A stretch of 60,501 nt of DNA from Candidatus Hodarchaeota archaeon (GTDB taxonomy: Archaea > Asgardarchaeota > Heimdallarchaeia > Hodarchaeales > Hodarchaeaceae), in the NCBI GenBank assembly GCA_016839625.1, contig JAEOTY010000022.1:1-60501 (forward strand), in the 5' to 3' direction. Every line of letters begins with the position of its first letter. Within the stretch, counting starts at the first letter, position 1. Under the pieces are notes generated by a model. The model did not search any database. It saw only the letters and a list, made by a program, of their open reading frames with translations, and was not told the origin of the DNA. Below, in pieces: positions 54,912 through 60,501 of the stretch. The translations under genes were made by a program, and so were the position numbers.

Positions 54912-57359
54912 TTAATTTTTCGTTTTATAGACAAATAAAATAGCAATGATAATCATAGAAGTAAACAAACCTAAAACAATGAGATGAATGGGGAAATCTG
55001 GAGAATTAGTGACATTTTGAATGAGCTCTCCTCTGGCAAGCCAAGCAACAGAGTTAAACGCCAAAACGTGATTACTTTGAGTGTTTCCGTTGTAAGCATA
55101 ATCTGAAAAACCAATGTTATCAAATAGTAGATCGGATCCATAGAGTAAAACTCTCCCACCTGTAGAACATTCATAAAAAGCCAAGGTTGGTTTCCCATCT
55201 GTTTCTGCAACAACTTGAGTATTGCTTCCTATCGTTTGAATATAGTTTCCCCAAAAAGGGAATGAGGAAATATCCATAGTAAAATTTTGAGGGGTAACAA
55301 TGGTAGTCTGATGAATTATTCCTGAAGACTCAGCTTGAATTTGTAAGTTAAAAGTCTCAAGGAGTTCATTCACTCCAGTAATATCGTAATAGGAACCATC
55401 TGAACTTAATATTAAGACTCCTCCGCCCAATGCTACAAATTGACAAACAGCTTCTATCGTGTTTGATGTTAAAGAGAGATACTCATTCCTTGGGTTTTCA
55501 ACCCAATCCATGTAAATGTCAGTTGCCAGCGATAAAGGATTAGCTAGAATCAAAACGTCATAATTTTGAAGGTCATTCAGTTGAAATGAACCATTAATAT
55601 GAGGGGTGACACTGTAATTATTTTCATAAGCAAGAAATCGTGTGAATGCAGAAAACATACCAATTGTACTCGATGTATCACCTTGTATCTCAAAAATATT
55701 TGTTCCATATCCATGTCGAACTATTCGATTGAGACTTTCATCGAAAAGAACTTTGGCATTTGGCAACCGTATTTCAAATTCTACTGCCAGCGAATTGTTA
55801 CCTAGAGAAATATTACTTGAGAGCGATTGAACCTCAGCTGAAGCTGGAATTGTGAAATTTATTGGAATAAGAGCTGTATTATTGATTGTATAAGATTTCT
55901 TAGGTGTACTGACAAAATGAGAAAGTTCTTCAGATACATCCACAGTTGCATTAAAACTTCTACTGCTTATTACCGTGAGATTGAAAACCACAGAACTACC
56001 TGAAAATAGAACTTCATAAGGATCAAAGGGTAACTTTTGAGGATGAAGATAAACTAAATCGGAATTGTTCTCAATTTTCTCGGTTGAATTTAGTATCTCC
56101 CAGGCTCGAGTGATATTGATAAATCCCGCGCCTTCTTCCCAAATGGGTTCTCCCATTGTATGTGCTCCAGCTAGAAGAGCAGCTTTAATTGTAGCAGCTG
56201 AATAGGATATATTATCACTTTTTAGATAACCCACGAGTAATGCAGCTGCCCCAGCAACAATTGGGGTTGCGAAAGAAGTCCCGTCCCATGGTGTATCGAT
56301 ACCAGGGGCTGCAATATCAGGTTTCAAAGAGTAATCAACCTTCGGGCCTCGTGACGCGAAATTCGCAATGTGAGTTCCTTCAATATTACTTGCAGTTGCT
56401 GCAATACATTGTAGTGCGGTTGAAGGATTGTTTAATGTCCCTCTATCACCATATGATGATCCAGAATTGCCTACTGACACAGAAAATACGATATTATGGA
56501 CAATCGAGATATAATTGATTACTTTATCTCGGAGTCCACTTGGTAGATTATGATATTGTCCTAAAGAGATGTTAATGACATCTATCGAATTGTTGACAAG
56601 GAAATCTATTGCTTCGAGTAATCCAGCTGTGGTTTCTTCCCCCCCACCTCCCCCAGCACCTTTTGTTGAAGCGTTATGAATTATCTTTGCGCTAAAAACT
56701 TCTACTTCTGGCGCAATTCCAGTAGTGGTTCCTGCCGCCAGACTGGCCACATTTGTACCGTGTCCCCAATAATCTTCTGGATCTGGAACGTCATGTGAAT
56801 ACCCGTTTGCTGAGGTAACAAAAGATTCACGATTCTTTATACGAGTACCAAATATTTCTGAATCATTTCTGACACCAGTATCAATAATTCCTAATTTCAC
56901 ACCTTGTCCTTTAACTCCTAAACTATGCAAAAACTGTGCCCCAGTTGAATCTTTGATCGACACTTTTGCTATACTACCTCTAGAGAGTCCATCTTGAGAG
57001 ATTTGAAGAGATTTCTGTAAAGCTAGGTTTGGTTCAATTTGATAGATTTCTTTTTGGTACTTCTTGAAAAAAAGAGATTTCATGCAGGAATTGTTGAATT
57101 TTATACGGATAACAGGGAAATTGGTGAACTCTGATATGATTAAAGAGTTGAAGGAATTTAAACTGGGGATACCTTGACAAAACATAACTAAAAAATCAAG
57201 GAAAGGCGTCTTATCATTATAACTCCTTAATGATAGTCTTTGACTATCATAAATAACTTCGTTGGGATATTCTGAATTGGGTAGAAATACAAACGAAACA
57301 ACCAGAAAAATTAGGAAAAAATATCGTTGTGACACAGAATTTTGGAGCATTACATTCAC
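54912..57359 (-). CDS. Subtilisin-like serine protease (S8), secreted and C-terminally membrane-anchored
   Basis: The catalytic triad contexts are GIIDTGV (Asp), HGTNVASLAAG (His) and GTSFATPIVAGAAALL (Ser). It has an N-terminal signal (YFFLIFLVVSFVFL) and a C-terminal TM (LIVLGLFTSMIIIAILFV). Confidence 0.9.
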   Translation of the reverse strand: MNVMLQNSVSQRYFFLIFLVVSFVFLPNSEYPNEVIYDSQRLSLRSYNDKTPFLDFLVMFCQGIPSLNSFNSLIISEFTNFPVIRIKFNNSCMKSLFFKKYQKEIYQIEPNLALQKSLQISQDGLSRGSIAKVSIKDSTGAQFLHSLGVKGQGVKLGIIDTGVRNDSEIFGTRIKNRESFVTSANGYSHDVPDPEDYWGHGTNVASLAAGTTTGIAPEVEVFSAKIIHNASTKGAGGGGGEETTAGLLEAIDFLVNNSIDVINISLGQYHNLPSGLRDKVINYISIVHNIVFSVSVGNSGSSYGDRGTLNNPSTALQCIAATASNIEGTHIANFASRGPKVDYSLKPDIAAPGIDTPWDGTSFATPIVAGAAALLVGYLKSDNISYSAATIKAALLAGAHTMGEPIWEEGAGFINITRAWEILNSTEKIENNSDLVYLHPQKLPFDPYEVLFSGSSVVFNLTVISSRSFNATVDVSEELSHFVSTPKKSYTINNTALIPINFTIPASAEVQSLSSNISLGNNSLAVEFEIRLPNAKVLFDESLNRIVRHGYGTNIFEIQGDTSSTIGMFSAFTRFLAYENNYSVTPHINGSFQLNDLQNYDVLILANPLSLATDIYMDWVENPRNEYLSLTSNTIEAVCQFVALGGGVLILSSDGSYYDITGVNELLETFNLQIQAESSGIIHQTTIVTPQNFTMDISSFPFWGNYIQTIGSNTQVVAETDGKPTLAFYECSTGGRVLLYGSDLLFDNIGFSDYAYNGNTQSNHVLAFNSVAWLARGELIQNVTNSPDFPIHLIVLGLFTSMIIIAILFVYKTKN

Positions 57360-57379
57360 TCTATAAGAAAGAGAGTCAC

Positions 57380-58270
57380 TTAAAGTAAGCTAAGCATGGT
57401 TGCAATGCTCTTTAATGATTTCTCTTCCATTCGATGGATCTGAAGGCCTTTTCCAACCTCAAGCGTAAAATCATTAGTTCCAGCTCCAATCCATGGTCCA
57501 GAGTTCATAAATTTAAGAGATATTTCATGTCGTTGTTCAAGTGTTTCAGCTCCCCTAAGTACATTGTCTCCTTTAATGATAATTTGGTTTAAGCCTTCTA
57601 TACCTGATGTTTCTAATGAAACTTTTATCTTAAGGTGGGAGAGTACAAAAGAACGCTCTGGGTCGTCATAATCTTTTGTGAGTTTTTTAATTAATAATGC
57701 ACGAATAGGTTTTCTACTAACTTTATCAGGCTCATTACTGATGAAAGGTAATATTTCATTCCTTAGAATCTCTACTCCAAGTTCTTGTGGTTCCAGAAGA
57801 ATTTTCTTTACTGATGGGAGATAAATAAACCGGAATGTTCTTCTGAGGCGTGCTGTCCTTGAAGAAAACTCAATATGAATAAAAAGCGCATGCTCACTCA
57901 ATTCATTTAAGGTAAACTTGCCCGAAATCTTAGCTGAAGCCTCTTTTAAGTATTTATCAACATCAAAAGCTTTTTTGCGGTTTTGGAGGTGAGACATTGG
58001 TCTGATCTTTGGGATATGATAAACATCCCACCATAAACCTGATATATTGAGAATTTCAGCGAATCTCTGAATTTTTTTTTGCTTAGATTCTGTCAAATTT
58101 TTAACTAGTTTAATTGTTGTTTCTTTATTCTCTTTAGAAAGGAGCCCGTTAGGGTGTAATTCGACTGAAGTCTTTTCCCATGTATCTATTAAACGTTTAA
58201 AAAACGAAGTAGGAAGATATGTTAGGTAAATGTATTCTGCTTCAGTACTCACAAAGATCACTCCTATCAA
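57380..58270 (-). CDS. Hypothetical protein sandwiched between a small GTPase and the subtilase
   Basis: The 296-aa soluble ORF has 20-nt gaps to both neighbours on the same strand. I recognise no motif. Confidence 0.45.
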   Translation of the reverse strand: MIGVIFVSTEAEYIYLTYLPTSFFKRLIDTWEKTSVELHPNGLLSKENKETTIKLVKNLTESKQKKIQRFAEILNISGLWWDVYHIPKIRPMSHLQNRKKAFDVDKYLKEASAKISGKFTLNELSEHALFIHIEFSSRTARLRRTFRFIYLPSVKKILLEPQELGVEILRNEILPFISNEPDKVSRKPIRALLIKKLTKDYDDPERSFVLSHLKIKVSLETSGIEGLNQIIIKGDNVLRGAETLEQRHEISLKFMNSGPWIGAGTNDFTLEVGKGLQIHRMEEKSLKSIATMLSLL

Positions 58271-58290
58271 ATATTTTCATCGAATTAAAC

Positions 58291-58833
58291 CTATTCTTGC
58301 CTTTCATCAAAAAAACTTTGAGCTAGAGTCTTAAAGGCTTCATCGACTTGAATATTATCTTTAGCAGAGGCTGAAATATGGCTATTTGCGTTGATTTCGT
58401 TAGCGAGAGTGATTCCTTCCTCTATCTCGATCATTCGATAATCCTCCAAATCAGCTTTATTGCCGACTAAAATAGTCTGAACTGAAGATTTACCCTGTTG
58501 TCCGCAGAATTCCATTAATTCTTTATACCAAGGGTCTTTAATATTTTCTAATGTTTCAGCTCGGGTGACATCATAAACAAACATTGCTAGATGGGCACCC
58601 TTGAAGAACATATGGCGGATAGCAGCAAAACGAGCTTGCCCGCCAATATCATTAATTGAAAGGGTCACTGTTCGACCATCATTTAGTGTTACTTGCTTTG
58701 AAGAGATGTCAAGTCCAACAGTTAGTTGATAAGAGTGTCGAAATCTCGCGTGGACGAACTGTGAGATCAATGACGTCTTACCCACGCCAGGGTCACCCAA
58801 CAAAACGAGTTTCAGTATTAATTTTTGTTTCAT
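58291..58833 (-). CDS. Rab/Ras-like small GTPase
   Basis: G1 GDPGVGKTS, G3 NDIGGQARF (DxxGQ), G4 GNKAD, G5 ASAKDN. Length 180 aa, with no CaaX. Confidence 0.85.
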   Translation of the reverse strand: MKQKLILKLVLLGDPGVGKTSLISQFVHARFRHSYQLTVGLDISSKQVTLNDGRTVTLSINDIGGQARFAAIRHMFFKGAHLAMFVYDVTRAETLENIKDPWYKELMEFCGQQGKSSVQTILVGNKADLEDYRMIEIEEGITLANEINANSHISASAKDNIQVDEAFKTLAQSFFDERQE

Positions 58834-58999
58834 TCGTATTTCAATCCCTGAACCTGCTTTATACGTTCTCTCTATCTCTATCTCATCCTATTAATCCCTG
58901 AGATCGCTCTGAATGTGATTAAAATGATCAATGCATCCGTTGATTCGTTGTTTATTATCAAATAATAAAAATAATAAATGTTTTTTTGAGTTATTTTTG

Positions 59000-60501
59000 A
59001 AATCCTCGCTATGAACCTTCCTTTTAAAGGGTTGTTATGACCTGAATTGCATTCGTACAAGGCCGAAAGAACGTTAATAATCGTGCAAAGCCCACTGAAG
59101 GACCTAAAGGGATTTTAACCTCTTCTTTTCTAGACGACTGATCAAAAGTATTACTCCAGTAGGAGAGATGGGTATTAAGACACCTTTGCAATTGAGGTAG
59201 ATTCTTTAACCCCCGACTAGGAGTCACATCTTTAATAACTCAATTAATACTTTCAATTCGGTTCGATTGAATTACCCCGCCGTCCATCGCTTTATAAGTG
59301 AGATCTAAAAGCAGTTCTATCTCCGCTTTGGTAGGACAGGTTAGTTCTGCCTCTGTAAGAGGGGGCGAAACCCATTCAATGTTCCAGCCAACAGGAAGTG
59401 GCCGGGGATGAAACTGGAACTGACGGCCGTGTTGGCGAAGACTTTTTCGTCCTCGTTTCTTTAACTGCCGTTTTTGGCCTTTTTTCCGGGGGGTATAGCG
59501 AGACCGCCGTTTTTGCTTATCTTTCACCCCTTTAGGCCGTCCTCGTTTTCTGGAAGGATTCGTCGATTGTTGAGTTTTCTTCTTTCGTTGCAAGGCATGT
59601 CCTGTTACCGGTCGGTTCGGAATAAAACTATTATAGGGAATTTCTAGGCTGGTTTGAAGCGTGGTACTAGTCTCCAGATCTGGTTGGAAATGATGTAACC
59701 GGACGTACTGCCAGGGGTGCGAATGGAGATGTTCTATCAGAAAACACTCCCGAGTTAATTGCGAACAAGTTTTTTGATAAGCATTCCAGCCATCCCCAAC
59801 AAAGATTGGTACTGAGGGGAGCTGAGCTTCGAGGGTCTGAAGAAGTTCTAGATAAACCTCGACAGTCCTGCCACGACTGAATTTCCACACCAAGGGCTTC
59901 CCACGAGCATCGACCAACAGAATTAATGCCCACGACACCTTTCCGATCCGAAAAAAGGTCTCATCCCAATAAATCGCATCTTCTAGTGGAACAGGGAGCT
60001 TTGTGACCTGTTGTAACGCTTGTCGTTTTTGGGCGAGTTGGGCGAGTTTCCAGTCCAGTGCTTGAGTAAAATAATGCTGAATCTGGGAGATTACACTGGG
60101 AGAGATCTGATGGATGGTGGCCACCGCTTTTGGGTCTAATCGCCTCTCAAAGAGATCAAAAACGATTCGTTCAAAGACAATTTCTGATAATTGCCTAAAG
60201 AGCCACGAGGTATGGGCATAAAAATTCATGTGGTGCCGTTTGCAATAAAATAATTGGGGATGTGCCGAATGTTTGCCATCAAAGCCGTCTTTTTTGAGAG
60301 AATTGCGGCGGGGGCCACATTTCGGACAATACACACTAAACTCAACGGAAGCTTTAAGAAAAGGTTCTAACTCAGGTTGTTCGGGCACAGACGCTTCCAG
60401 TCTGAGCCCTGCACGGTAGGTTTTTGTCATTGGGGTTCAACCATGACATTAACCTCCCAATGTAAAAATTTGTCGGGACTTTGTTAGCGAAGTTTTTGAA
60501 A
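59000..60501 (-). mobile_element. IS element (boundaries approximate; the right end may lie at or beyond the window edge)
   Basis: The transposase gene has visibly higher G+C than all flanking DNA. The composition shift begins near 59000-59030. A weak terminal inverted-repeat candidate pairs ...tttttgaaatcctcgcta... (about 59004-59023) with ...tagcgaagtttttgaaa (about 60485-60501). Confidence 0.55.
59024..60430 (-). pseudogene. DDE transposase with N-terminal zinc finger, interrupted by one in-frame TGA (59240-59242)
   Basis: CPKC...CKRHH, then IYWDETFF (D), IFVGDGWNAYQ (D) and QSNRIESIN (E region). ORF 59240..60430 stops at TGA. The 67-aa ORF 59024..59227 is in the same frame and continues ...ESIN*VIKDVTPSRGLKNLPQLQRCLNTHLSYWSN. 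I cannot assign the IS family by eye. Confidence 0.7.

Noticed and set aside
14717-59242. Stop-codon reassignment (Sec/Pyl or a genetic code change) as a common explanation for the two in-frame stops at 14717-14719 and 59240-59242.
   Set aside because: The two stops are different codons (TAA and TGA). Both codons terminate many well-delimited genes in this window, so a global reassignment does not fit. Locus-specific mutation, readthrough or sequencing error is more parsimonious.
318-59933. Many 60-110-aa ORFs nested inside or antisense to longer genes. Examples are 318..509, 855..1130, 2573..2776, 7094..7446, 13223..13522, 14918..15253, 19337..19639, 20058..20891, 23156..23599, 36252..36609, 44219..44530, 46435..46776, 55599..56518 and 59667..59933.
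   Set aside because: Each lies fully within a longer ORF that carries clear family motifs. Their translations are low-complexity or compositionally odd (Ser/Arg/Phe-rich) and have no independent start context. I treat them as frame shadows.

Overview
This is an AT-rich archaeal chromosomal segment, roughly one-third G+C by eye, with about 50 genes, one tRNA and one IS element. The gene content fits an Asgard-type (Loki/Heimdall-like) archaeon. It holds four Ras/Rab-like small GTPases, a gelsolin-domain protein, a C4C4 RING-TPR protein, an LRR protein, an ICMT-family membrane methyltransferase and a Pol-epsilon-like family B DNA polymerase. These sit among housekeeping genes: the SMC 5' end, ornithine aminotransferase, class II HMG-CoA reductase, dUTPase, dCTP deaminase, a Nudix hydrolase, an eIF-2B-family isomerase, an S8 subtilase, MFS transporters and an Lrp regulator.

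The main candidates for new biology are:
1. A tightly coupled three-gene cassette at 18501-22114. A DUF2207-like membrane protein ends in a (Cys-Ala)3-Gly-(Cys-Ala)3-Gly tail. It is followed by a radical SAM/SPASM enzyme with an N-terminal PqqD/RRE-like domain and by a SAM methyltransferase.
2. An island of three large gamma-class N6-adenine methyltransferase paralogs at 25626-33188 with no recognisable nuclease.
3. Small-GTPase operons: two GTPases with a coiled-coil repeat protein and a possible roadblock-like protein, and one GTPase with an unknown protein and a subtilase.
4. A PolB with the Pol-epsilon CysX spacing, an extra Cys4 insert and a C-terminal zinc ribbon.
5. A tRNA-Cys interrupted by a 30-nt insert in the D-arm.
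6. Two genes interrupted by single in-frame stops: TAA in the LRR gene and TGA in a GC-rich IS transposase.

All functional calls come from reading motifs in the supplied translations. No database search was run.
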